Of a DNA stretch of 64,000 bases, positions 30,614 to 39,539 are shown one piece after another. The position numbers and the translations under genes were made by a program. The notes below the pieces were generated by a model. It worked only from the letters and a program-made list of their open reading frames with translations. It was not told where the DNA came from and made no database searches. How positions within the stretch are numbered: the first letter of the stretch is position 1; each line of letters begins with the position of its first letter. This DNA comes from Candidatus Oxydemutatoraceae bacterium (GTDB taxonomy: Bacteria > Pseudomonadota > Gammaproteobacteria > Poriferisulfidales > Oxydemutatoraceae), in assembly GCA_965218975.1 (NCBI GenBank), contig OZ244717.1, positions 594,347 to 658,346 on the forward strand. Reading direction: 5' to 3'.

Positions 30614-31124
30614 GAGCGGCTAACTCACTTTATTCTATCCGGGCATGCAACAGCGAAAAGCAATAGAGTTGATAGAGCATGCCGGTTTAAATGTCAATGA
30701 GATCATCTTGCGCAAGTTTGAGTTTCTTTGCTCGCGCTTAAAGATATTAGAAGGGCACACTCTTTGTCGACCCGGTAGCTGTTTGTGATGATGCGCCATA
30801 GATAAGTTTCTGTTATACGTGCCCGGATACCATACCGGATTTTGGACCTAAGAAAGTAACATTAATAATCTAGTCTACTCCAAAGACGGCAGACGTCACA
30901 TTCTATTTGATGCGAGCCGTATGGAAGCAAAAGCCGGAGGTGATGTCTTGGATGGGAAACCAATCTTGTCAGGCAACACAACATTAAGCGAGCTTAAATT
31001 ACTTGCGCTAGAAACTGTACGATGCCACCCTAAATGGGATTTTTGAAGGGCTTCGGGGGAAGCGTTCGGCAGTAACATTCGGATCGGTGCTTTCTGTCCG
31101 TTGCCGGCATGAGGACGGTGCAGG

Positions 31125-32563
31125 GTGAGACGCGCCCGGAAAACCAATTGGTTTTCAGCGGTGAACGACCCGACAAGGATGTCGGGGCTGGGGCTTGTTG
31201 ACAGAACCCAGTCGCGTCATGGGTGAGACGCGCCCGGAAAACCAATTGGTTTTCAGCGGTGAACGACCCGACAAGGATGTCGGGGCTGGGGCTTGTTGAC
31301 AGAACCCAGTCGCGTCATGGATGACAGGCACTTTGCCGACAATCCGGCACAATCCGCCGAAAATCCACCAACAAACACAAAACGGTTTCATCAGCTCAAA
31401 GATTTTATTGCTGCCGAGATTCGGATAAGCTTGGCGCAGGGTGAGACGCGCCCGGAAAACCGATCGGTTTTCAGCGGCGAACGACCCGACAAGGACGTCG
31501 GGGCTGGCGTTCATTAACAGAACCAAGTCTCGTCATGGGTGAGACGCGCCCGGAAAACCAATTGGTTTTCAGCGGTGAACGACCCGACAAGGATGTCGGG
31601 GCTGGGGCTTGTTGACAGAACCCAGTCGCGTCATGGATGACAGGCACTTTGCCGACAATCCGGCACAATCCGCCGAAAATCCGCCAACAAACACAAAACG
31701 GTTTCATCAGCTCAAAGATTTTATTGCTGCCGAGATTCGGATAAGCCTGGCGCAGGGTGAGACGCGCCCGGAAAACCAATTGGTTTTCAGCGGTGAACGA
31801 CCCGACACGGACGTCGGGGCTGGGGCTTGTTGACAGAACCCAGTCGCGTCATGGGTGAGACGCGCCCGGAAAACCAATTGGTTTTCAGCGGTGAACGACC
31901 CGACAAGGACGTCGGGGCTGGGGCTTGTTGACAGAACCCAGTCGCGTCATGGATGACAGGCACTTTGCCGACAATCCGGCACAATCCGCCGAAAATCCGG
32001 CAACAAACACAAAACGGTTTCATCAGCTCAAAGATTTTATTGCTGCCGAGATTCGGATAAGCCTGGCGCAGGGTGAGACGCGCCTGGAAAACCGATCGGT
32101 TTTCAGCGGCGAACGACCCGACAAGGACGTCGGGGCTGGCGTTCATTAACAGAACCAAGTCTCGTCATGGGTGAGACGCGCCCGGAAAACCAATTGGTTT
32201 TCAGCGGTGAACGACCCGACAAGGACGTCGGGGCTGGGGCTTGTTGACAGAACCCAGTCGCGTCATGGGTGAGACGCGCCCGGAAAACCGATCGGTTTTC
32301 AGCGGTGAACGACCCGACAAGGACGTCGGGGCTGGGGCTTGTTGACAGAACCCAGTCGCGTCATGGACGACAGGCACTTTGCTGAAAATCCACCAACAAA
32401 CACAAAACGGTTTCATCAGCTCAAAGATTTTATTGCTGCCGAGATTCGGATAAGCCTGGCGCAGGGTGAGACGCGCCTGGAAAACCGATCGGTTTTCAGC
32501 GGCGAACGACCCGACACGGACGTCGGGGCTGGCACTCATTAATAGAACCAAGTTTCGTCATGG
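31125..32563. repeat. Higher-order tandem repeat array: ten 98-bp R units and four ~120-bp S units arranged [R R S]x3 [R R R S'] [R ...], period 316 bp
   Basis: Variant a of R is GTGAGACGCGCCCGGAAAACCAATTGGTTTTCAGCGGTGAACGACCCGACAAGGATGTCGGGGCTGGGGCTTGTTGACAGAACCCAGTCGCGTCATGG. Variant b has GAAAACCGATCGGTTTTC, a compensatory change that keeps a perfect 18-bp palindrome. S is ATGACAGGCACTTTGCCGACAATCCGGCACAATCCGCC...GATTCGGATAAGCCTGGCGCAGG. Not coding, since 316 is not a multiple of 3 and stops occur in all frames. Confidence 0.9.
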
Positions 32564-32694
32564 ACGACAGGCACTTTGCTGACAACCCGCTGGCGCCTCT
32601 TACGCGGCGCTTTGCCGCGATCATGTAAGGCGCTGAGGCCAATGCGGCGATAACGCCGACGCCAGCGGTACAAAGTACTGCGACCGATCTTAAA

Positions 32695-32732
32695 TGCGTT
32701 CGGGAGTTACAACCCTCCCAAAATAATAGGGC
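32695..32732 (+). repeat. Left copy of a 36-38-bp imperfect direct repeat bracketing the IS1595-cargo unit
   Basis: AGTTACAACCCTCCCAAAATAATAGGGCATCATATTTC here versus AGTTACAACCCTGCCAAAATGAGGGCATCATATTTC at 35117-35152. Confidence 0.8.
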
Positions 32733-32792
32733 ATCATATTTCTGTTGAGCCGTTGTGTTCATAATAGCCTCTATTTTTGAAGCAAAATTGGC

Positions 32793-32890
32793 TCATATAG
32801 AAACCTTTGATGCGGTGGCCGATGTGCTGATATTGCATATCGGTTACCTTTTCGAGTCGTGCCGTGAGTCCCATATGTATCTGGCACTAT
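32793..32890 (+). repeat. ~100-bp element directly upstream of the transposase gene, repeated at 40545-40660
   Basis: ATAGAAACCTTT...GATGCGGTGGCCGATGTGCTGATATTGCATATCGG...GAGTCGTGCCGTGAGTCC...ATGTATCTGGCAC here, versus GATGCGATGACCGATGTGCTGATATTGCATGTCGG...GAGTCGTGCCATAAGTCCTGTATGTATCCGGACAC at 40545-40660. Confidence 0.7.
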
Positions 32891-32922
32891 ACATGATACG
32901 CTTGTAAAATGGAGGTGTTTTT

Positions 32923-33867
32923 ATGAAAAAAAGCAAATACAGTAACACGTTGAGCCTGTTTAATGCTATGAAAAAGTTTCCAACAAATGAGCAGGCTACC
33001 AAACATTTGGAAATAGTGCGTTGGGGAGGCAAGGCAAAGTGCCTATATTGTTTAACGCGCAATAAAATATCAGCGCGTAAAACCATAGGTCGCACGGCTG
33101 GACAATATCGTTGTAATTGTTGCCACAAAGAATTTACGGTGCGGACTGGCACTATCTTTGAAAAATCTCATTTACCATTGAATAAATGGATGTTTGCTAT
33201 TTACTTAGTACAAACTGCACGCAAGGGCATATCATCGTTACAATTAAGTAAAGAATTAGGCATTACTCAAAAGACAGCGTGGTTTATGCTTCACCGTATC
33301 CGCGAGGCGTGTAAAGGTGATTTGACCAAACTAACCGGCATTGTAGAGATAGACGAAACCTATATTGGCGGGAAAGAAAAAAACAAACATAAAAACAAGC
33401 GATTAAAGGCTGCCCGTGGAGCAGTTGGTAAAACTGCTATAGATGGTATGCGTGAACGCAAAGGCAAGGTTGAAGCAATGCTGATTGATAACACAGACCA
33501 ACATACACTACAAACGGCGATTCACCGCAATATCAATGTCGGTAGTCAGTTATACACCGATGATCATCGCGGTTATGCTGGATTGGATGGCGTGCTATAT
33601 CAGCATAAAAGTGTTAAGCATTCCGCTAACGAATATGTAAATGGTATGGCGCATACCAACGGCATAGAAAGTGTGTGGGCGGTGTTAAAGCGCGGCGTTA
33701 ATGGGACCTATCACAACATTACCACCAAACATTTACAGCGTTATGTTGGTGAATTTACGTTTCGGTTGAATGAGGGCAACGTTGAGCGACACACAAAACG
33801 ACGCATAGACAGTGTGCTTGCGGGGGCGATAGACAAACGATTAACATACAAAAGGCTAATATCATAA
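32923..33867 (+). CDS. IS1595-family (ISXO2-like) DDE transposase
   Basis: 314 aa; N-terminal zinc ribbon CLYCLTRNK...YRCNCCHKEF; DDE residues in IVEIDETYIGG, LYTDDHRGY and HTNGIESVWAVLKR. Confidence 0.8.
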   Translation: MKKSKYSNTLSLFNAMKKFPTNEQATKHLEIVRWGGKAKCLYCLTRNKISARKTIGRTAGQYRCNCCHKEFTVRTGTIFEKSHLPLNKWMFAIYLVQTARKGISSLQLSKELGITQKTAWFMLHRIREACKGDLTKLTGIVEIDETYIGGKEKNKHKNKRLKAARGAVGKTAIDGMRERKGKVEAMLIDNTDQHTLQTAIHRNINVGSQLYTDDHRGYAGLDGVLYQHKSVKHSANEYVNGMAHTNGIESVWAVLKRGVNGTYHNITTKHLQRYVGEFTFRLNEGNVERHTKRRIDSVLAGAIDKRLTYKRLIS

Positions 33868-34508
33868 TGCCTTCTATTACCGCACAACAGTTTAATACTG
33901 CATTGCAGATTATATTGGATGTAAAACCTATTACCCCGATAGGGCGTATCGCTAATTATATGAAAGAAACCAAGTATCCCAATGGGTTACATGCAGGTGA
34001 TGATGGCCGGATACTTGGTATATGGGTTATGGGCAATAACTATAAAGTTAAATCAGACTATTATGGTGGTTATCCTGCTGGTTATCTGAGGCGCATTAAA
34101 GCATTATTCCCTGACAAGCATAATCCCTTGCATTTATTTTCCGGTAAAGTTGAGTTGGATATTTTGGGGGGGGATACAGTAGATATGGATGAGGAATTAG
34201 AGCCAACATTTATTGATGATGCGCAAACATTAGTAAATGTACCGATAGAAGAATACGATTTGATATTGGCTGATCCGCCATACTCGGTTGAAGACGCAGA
34301 CCATTATAAACCGACAATGGTTAAGCGAAATAAAGTTATGAGTTCATTGGGCAAACGGGCAGTAAAAGGAACTCATGTGGTATGGTTAGACCAAGTGTTA
34401 CCGATGTATCGTAAAGATCAATGGGATATGATTGGACTGATAGGAATGGTTAAAAGCACTAATCACAGATTTAGAGTTATAAGCATTTTTGAGAAATGCG
34501 CAAGTTAG
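33867..34508 (+). CDS. Small SAM-dependent amino-methyltransferase with a DPPY catalytic motif
   Basis: 213 aa; putative motif I HLFSGKV ~50 aa before ILADPPY, spacing like RsmD and small gamma-class N6A MTases; start ATG overlaps the transposase stop (TAATG). Confidence 0.5.
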   Translation: MPSITAQQFNTALQIILDVKPITPIGRIANYMKETKYPNGLHAGDDGRILGIWVMGNNYKVKSDYYGGYPAGYLRRIKALFPDKHNPLHLFSGKVELDILGGDTVDMDEELEPTFIDDAQTLVNVPIEEYDLILADPPYSVEDADHYKPTMVKRNKVMSSLGKRAVKGTHVVWLDQVLPMYRKDQWDMIGLIGMVKSTNHRFRVISIFEKCAS

Positions 34509-34966
34509 AGTTAGAGCATAAATACGTGCTTGATTTAACCGATAAAATTCAGTTGGGGCCGATAAAAAGGCAGGTATTATATGAGCGTTTAACAGACGCA
34601 CGCATATCTGGTTTGTTAGTTGAGGATTTGGCTGATGCTATCTATAACAACGTTACCAAATCACCATCCCCAGCGTCCTCGTATGATCTAATGGATGATG
34701 ATGGCAATAAGTACGAAAGCAGGATTGTAAATATGAGGGGTGCTTCTTTAATCCCTGCAAATCAGGTCGGGAGTGGTCGCCGCTATAATCGCGAAAATCA
34801 TTTAGCGAAATTGGCAAGTTTATACGCATATTTGTTTGTAGATGTAAGAAGTTCGCCAGTGTTTAGTATAGTGGCATTCCCCGTAGGGATTTTGGGGGAG
34901 CGTAAAAGAATAACGACTATCCGGTTTGATGAACTAGTGAAGCCTATTCCAGTTACTAATATATGA
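34496..34966 (+). CDS. Hypothetical 156-aa protein, third gene of the IS-associated cassette
   Basis: Overlaps the MTase gene by 13 nt; no recognisable motif; a restriction-endonuclease partner role is a guess. Confidence 0.35.
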   Translation: MRKLELEHKYVLDLTDKIQLGPIKRQVLYERLTDARISGLLVEDLADAIYNNVTKSPSPASSYDLMDDDGNKYESRIVNMRGASLIPANQVGSGRRYNRENHLAKLASLYAYLFVDVRSSPVFSIVAFPVGILGERKRITTIRFDELVKPIPVTNI

Positions 34967-35116
34967 ATAGGAGTAAAGTATATAATTCCCATTTAAATCA
35001 ACCCGATTTTTAAGGTCTTTATAGCCGCGTTCTTTACTAAAAATTGCGGCAAACATCAATTTCCCCATTGGCCAATCTCAAATCTCAAGAGTATCATACT
35101 TACTTTCATTTTCTTC

Positions 35117-35152
35117 AGTTACAACCCTGCCAAAATGAGGGCATCATATTTC
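35117..35152 (+). repeat. Right copy of the 36-38-bp direct repeat, abutting the stop codon of the ABC ATPase gene
   Basis: See feature 32695-32732; ~90% identity with a 2-nt indel. Confidence 0.8.
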
Positions 35153-35900
35153 AGCCGAGCACATCGGGAAACTTTTGCAGTATTTCCTTATGCAGGGACT
35201 CAATTGCATCTGAAGTACGTTTCTCCTCAGTGAAAAGCGGCAAGTCGGCAACGAGCGTTGCCGGCCGTTGCGCCACAATCAACAAGCGATTGCCAAGGAG
35301 TAAGGCTTCGCGCAGATTATGTGTGACAAATAACACTTTGCGCGGTGCAATTTCCAGTTGCGATTGCAACAGTTTGCGCAATTGCATTGCGGTGAGCTCG
35401 TCAATGGATGAGAAAGGCTCGTCCATCAACAGCAAAGGGGCATTCACGGCGAATGCACGCGCTAAAGCAACGCGACGACACATCCCTAGAGACAGGGTTG
35501 CGGGATACTGATCAACCGCGTGTTGCAGCTTCATTCTTTCAAGCAGCCAGTCGACGTTATCTTGTTGCTGCGGGTTTTGTAATACCAGAGTGATATTTTC
35601 TCTGACCGTGCGCCACGGCAATAAACGGGATTCCTGAAATACATAGGATAGCGGCAGACTGTCTTTATCGAACGGCGGCAAAGTGATGTTGCCGCAATAG
35701 TCACGATCAAGATTGGCAACGAGGTTAAGCAGAGTTGTTTTGCCGCAGCCTGACGGGCCTGTGATCATCACCACTTCGGTATTGCGAACCTGAAATTCTA
35801 TATCACGCAGGATGGTCGTCTGTTCACCGTTGTAGCCAATAAATTTCTTATGCTTGATATTGACACGTAGAGGCGAGAAATGAATGTCTAAATCCGCCAT
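35151..35900 (-). CDS. ABC transporter ATP-binding protein (nitrate/sulfonate/taurine NrtC-SsuB-TauB type)
   Basis: Walker A GPSGCGKTT, signature LSLGMCRR, Walker B LLLMDEPFSSID. Confidence 0.85.
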   Translation of the reverse strand: MADLDIHFSPLRVNIKHKKFIGYNGEQTTILRDIEFQVRNTEVVMITGPSGCGKTTLLNLVANLDRDYCGNITLPPFDKDSLPLSYVFQESRLLPWRTVRENITLVLQNPQQQDNVDWLLERMKLQHAVDQYPATLSLGMCRRVALARAFAVNAPLLLMDEPFSSIDELTAMQLRKLLQSQLEIAPRKVLFVTHNLREALLLGNRLLIVAQRPATLVADLPLFTEEKRTSDAIESLHKEILQKFPDVLG

Positions 35901-36664
35901 CTATTAACATGCCTCTCGAAAGGCTGAATGAATAACAATTCAACAACCTGCATAATAATAATGAATGTCAATCCCCATGCCATGATCGCGGCAATATCGA
36001 ATAGCTGAAAATATAGGTACAGCTGGAACCCGACACCGTCGCTGCGCCCCAATAGTTCGACCACTAGTACGATCTTCCAGATCAGCGCAATGCCGGAACG
36101 GGTTGCGACAGCGATATACGGTGCTAGCTCAGGCAATATGAGGTGACGCAACTTTTTCTGCCACCCAAAGCGAAAGATCGTTGCCATTTGTTGTAAATTA
36201 GAGTCCATCGCCCTGACCCCCTCACGTATAGTAACCACGACATTCGGTATCTTATTGACCGCGACCGCGGTGACTGCCGCAACCTCGGTCAGTCCCATCC
36301 AGATATAAGCTAGGATGATAACGATCAAGGCCGGTAAATTCAGGAAAAATAGCAACCAGGGATCCAATATGTTATTGGTCTTTTTGTTTCTCCCCATTAA
36401 AAAGCCGATGATGATACCGATCACCATCGACAGGATAAAACTTGCGATAACGCGCCATAAGGTAATCCCCGTATGCACAAACAACTCTCCGTTTTCCGCT
36501 TCACGGGCGATGATATTGAAAACAGTCAGCGGTGAGGGCAGTAGTTTTTCGCCTACGAACAGCGCCCCGGTCCACCACAACAGAATAAGTACACCAAGCG
36601 ATGCGATAGGTGTAATGCGCAGTCGCTTTCCTACGGGATTGCTTTCAAAGTATCTAATCCGCAT
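35888..36664 (-). CDS. ABC transporter permease (SsuC/TauC/NrtB-like)
   Basis: 258-aa 6-TM protein with the BPD_transp_1 EAA-like loop region; overlaps the ATPase gene by 13 nt. Confidence 0.8.
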   Translation of the reverse strand: MRIRYFESNPVGKRLRITPIASLGVLILLWWTGALFVGEKLLPSPLTVFNIIAREAENGELFVHTGITLWRVIASFILSMVIGIIIGFLMGRNKKTNNILDPWLLFFLNLPALIVIILAYIWMGLTEVAAVTAVAVNKIPNVVVTIREGVRAMDSNLQQMATIFRFGWQKKLRHLILPELAPYIAVATRSGIALIWKIVLVVELLGRSDGVGFQLYLYFQLFDIAAIMAWGLTFIIIMQVVELLFIQPFERHVNRWRI

Positions 36665-36761
36665 CTCTCATACAGGATTGCTCGTTTATCTCCACACTGA
36701 TTGGGCAGTATTGATCCGGCATATCTCAGGCGTCGCCTACCTTTGGGCATTTATTATGTAA

Positions 36762-37727
36762 CTAGAAACGGACCCCGTCCCAGAAAGTTCCGTCGGCAAG
36801 ATTTTTGTGCATTCCGACCATGGTTTTGCCGGCAAGAGACGCGAGCACATTGAACAACTGTGTTGCCCCGATGCGTTCTGAATCGCCCCAGCGTTGCGGG
36901 ACACCGGCGCGATAGCGGTTGCGTAACGTGCGGAAGCCAGCTTCGTCCTTGGCCTGCATTAACGGGCGCAGCCTTTCCCATTCGGCATCGCTGGTGAGCA
37001 ATATCTGTCGCGCTTTACGCACTGCCGCATTGAATTTTTCGATGGCGCCGTTACGTGCCCATGTCGTCCTGAAAATATAACCGACCATCGGCAATGTTGT
37101 ATTCTGTGTGAATTCTTTGACTATATCCTGCATTTCTACCAGCCTGCGGTAGCCTTGCGCTTCAAGACGCGCGCAATAATGCCAGAAGTTAAGCACGGCA
37201 TCCAGATTGCCGTGTTCAATCTGACCGTTTAATAGCGGAGGCGCTGCATATTGTGTATCAAACATACTTAACGGATCAAAGTTGTAATGTTTTTGTGCCC
37301 AAGCGCGCAACAGTAGCCATGATTTGTCATAAGCTCCGCCCGCAATGCCAACACGCTGCCCGCGCAAATCCGCGAGCTGTTGCGCTTTGGACCCGGGAGG
37401 CACCATTATTGCGCCGAGTGCACCGGAGTAAGGAATAAAACTGAAATCTTCTCCATTATGGCGTTCGCGCGATACCCACAACCAATCACCGACAATGAGG
37501 TCCGCTTGCTTGCTCTGGAAGGCTATTTTTGTCGCTTGACTGTTTGAAAATGGAATTATTTCAAGCGCGATACCCTGCGCGCGGTCCAGCTTATGATGGC
37601 GAACTACATCCAGCTCCCAGTTGACGGTGCCGAATTTTAATGTTCCGGCCCGTATCAATTCAATCGCCTGTACCGAACCGACGAGTAGACCAAGCAGTAT
37701 GAACAATCCTGTTTTTATCAATGTCAT
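36762..37727 (-). CDS. Periplasmic substrate-binding protein of the NMT1/SsuA/NrtA family
   Basis: 321 aa, N-terminal signal peptide (MTLIKTGLFILLGLLVGSVQA), SBP-like two-lobe sequence. Confidence 0.7.
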   Translation of the reverse strand: MTLIKTGLFILLGLLVGSVQAIELIRAGTLKFGTVNWELDVVRHHKLDRAQGIALEIIPFSNSQATKIAFQSKQADLIVGDWLWVSRERHNGEDFSFIPYSGALGAIMVPPGSKAQQLADLRGQRVGIAGGAYDKSWLLLRAWAQKHYNFDPLSMFDTQYAAPPLLNGQIEHGNLDAVLNFWHYCARLEAQGYRRLVEMQDIVKEFTQNTTLPMVGYIFRTTWARNGAIEKFNAAVRKARQILLTSDAEWERLRPLMQAKDEAGFRTLRNRYRAGVPQRWGDSERIGATQLFNVLASLAGKTMVGMHKNLADGTFWDGVRF

Positions 37728-37773
37728 TGCAATACCGATTAGTTAAAAAGCAGGACTTTGCAAATCTGCTATT

Positions 37774-38136
37774 TCAGTGGCGGAAACCATACTCAAGAAC
37801 AAAGAACTGAGGTTTCAAATGGGCGAGCGGCTGCCGAAGTTTTTCCAGCTCTTCTTTCACGCCATGGATTTCCAAACGGCTGAGATCGGAGATTTTGAGG
37901 ATTTCATCAAGCAGCGAAGCAATGTTTTCAAGATGCGCCAATACACCTGAAGCATCCGCATAGCCTTCCCGACAATACGCCAGCTCGCCGTTAAAGCTGA
38001 AACCATAATAAAGACATTTTGGTTCGTCGTTGGTTTTTGCCACGAGCTTTTGGCATAACTGCTTAAAATTTTCCATCTCGCCGGGCGCAATTTTGAAGTA
38101 GGGTACGAGCGTACAACATTTGTCTTGAGTTGCCAC
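37774..38136 (-). CDS. ABM-domain (antibiotic-biosynthesis-monooxygenase-like) small protein
   Basis: 120 aa with ferredoxin-like ABM character (YYGFSF...). Confidence 0.4.
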   Translation of the reverse strand: MATQDKCCTLVPYFKIAPGEMENFKQLCQKLVAKTNDEPKCLYYGFSFNGELAYCREGYADASGVLAHLENIASLLDEILKISDLSRLEIHGVKEELEKLRQPLAHLKPQFFVLEYGFRH

Positions 38137-38385
38137 AATATTCTCCTTTAGTCTAGACTAAACTATACCGCATAAACGCACTCTATGCACATTGGTTTTA
38201 GCGACGCAATGGGGCAATCCCTCAAGTGCCCTTACGGGTTCGGGGGGATTCGAAATTCGTGTGTGCCGTAATGATCTATGAAAATATGTTGGAATTTGAG
38301 GATTTTTCTGGTAGGTTAAATACCTAATTTCCTAATGTCGGATGTATGCTGAATATTGGGAGATGGTTTTCAGATTGATGTATAG

Positions 38386-39027
38386 ATGTGTAGAGCAAAC
38401 GCAATTATTTTTATCGTAGCGCTTATGGTGTGCATGAACGGGCCCGCCCAAGCGCAGTATCCGGGGGCTGCGCCCGAGTGGTGGCCCTGTGCCCAACGTT
38501 ATGTGCCCGAGCTTTCTGCCGGTGTGTTTTGGACCGGAGCATTGCCCAAAGACGGTGCATGGCAGAGCTATCAAAACATTGTAGAATTAGCCGCTGTAGT
38601 AACCGATCGCAATTTACCGCTCGCGCAAGCAGTGGCAATGCTCAAAGAATTTTTCGGCGAACGGAACGGCGCTAAACCCGAGGCGGCGCAACTGCTTGCC
38701 GGCGCAATGACCGAAGCCGCCAATATGCGACGTGACCGAGTGATGGCAGGGATTCGGCGTTTCGGCGAACGACAGCAGATGATGGTCATGCGCATAGAAA
38801 AGCAGGCTAATAAAATTGGCGATATTGAACAAGGCAAGGAACCGGCGGCGACGCTTAACGATCTGCGAGCACGCCAAAAGTGGGATATTCGGGTGTTTGA
38901 GGAGCGTGAAAAGCTGACTGCTGCTTTATGCGAGCAGCCTGTGCTTTTAGAGCAGCGGCTTTTTAGCTTGGGCAGGAATCTCGCAACGTATTCGGAAAAC
39001 GCGGTTCAATCTTCTCCTTCCGAGTAA
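38386..39027 (+). CDS. Secreted hypothetical protein
   Basis: 213 aa with N-terminal signal peptide ending AQAQ; helical, charged remainder. Confidence 0.4.
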   Translation: MCRANAIIFIVALMVCMNGPAQAQYPGAAPEWWPCAQRYVPELSAGVFWTGALPKDGAWQSYQNIVELAAVVTDRNLPLAQAVAMLKEFFGERNGAKPEAAQLLAGAMTEAANMRRDRVMAGIRRFGERQQMMVMRIEKQANKIGDIEQGKEPAATLNDLRARQKWDIRVFEEREKLTAALCEQPVLLEQRLFSLGRNLATYSENAVQSSPSE

Positions 39028-39055
39028 GATTCGGGGAATGAAGTTTGGGGCCTTG

Positions 39056-39493
39056 TTAGCAACGTATGCTGTCAAAATTGACCAACGGCAGATTAAACAT
39101 TGGGGTTTTGACCCGCACATGGTTTTCATACAGCCATTGAAATTGGATTTTATGCGCTTCTATCTCGCGCGCTTTCCAGGTTGAACAGGCGTTCCCAAGT
39201 TGCGGCAAACGTATCTGTTCCTGCACGTAATGGACAATTTCATGCAGCAAAATACTACGCGCGTGCATATCGGACCGGATATCCCGGTCGTCTCTTAGAT
39301 AAATGACTTTGTCTTGATACGAGAACCATGCCTCAACATCGCATTGAGGGATATCACAGGCTTTTGCCGCGATATTTTCTTGTGTGGTGAAACGGACTTC
39401 GGGAGGCGGAAAAGGGACTTCAATTAGGTGCATTGCTTGTTGAGTGTACAGTAACAGCGCAGATATGATTCCGGTTATGGCTGCTGTTTCCAT
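39056..39493 (-). CDS. Putative HExxH zinc metallopeptidase-like protein (DUF4157-like)
   Basis: 145 aa with LLHEIVHYVQEQ resembling the HELxHVVQQ zincin motif. Confidence 0.4.
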   Translation of the reverse strand: METAAITGIISALLLYTQQAMHLIEVPFPPPEVRFTTQENIAAKACDIPQCDVEAWFSYQDKVIYLRDDRDIRSDMHARSILLHEIVHYVQEQIRLPQLGNACSTWKAREIEAHKIQFQWLYENHVRVKTPMFNLPLVNFDSIRC

Positions 39494-39539
39494 GTACGGG
39501 CTATCCGGGCTTATCGCGCAAAATTACGTGTCGATATAT

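Larger units (their letters stand above)
32733..35116 (+). mobile_element. IS1595-family element carrying passenger genes (transposase, DPPY methyltransferase, 156-aa ORF); exact ends not defined
   Basis: Three tightly coupled plus-strand genes between the direct repeats. The transposase has an N-terminal Zn-ribbon and a DDE core. No terminal inverted repeats could be identified by eye. Confidence 0.55.

Noticed and set aside
31125-32563. CRISPR array interpretation of the tandem repeats
   Set aside because: The repeat units (98 bp) are far longer than CRISPR repeats. The intervening S units are identical rather than unique spacers. No cas genes are nearby.
31030-32762. Ten or more ORFs of 67-123 aa on both strands inside the tandem array (31030..31245, 31155..31526, 31293..31517, 31471..31779, 31609..31833, 31787..32158, 31925..32149, 32201..32551, 32339..32542, 32496..32762)
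   Set aside because: Their near-identical proteins simply mirror the DNA repeat. The 316-bp period is not a multiple of 3 and stops interrupt every frame each period. They also read equally well on both strands.
38200-38270. tRNA-like T-arm sequence GGGTTCGGGGGGATTCGAAAT in the ABM-upstream intergenic region
   Set aside because: No acceptor stem, D-arm or anticodon arm can be folded around it. It is probably chance similarity.
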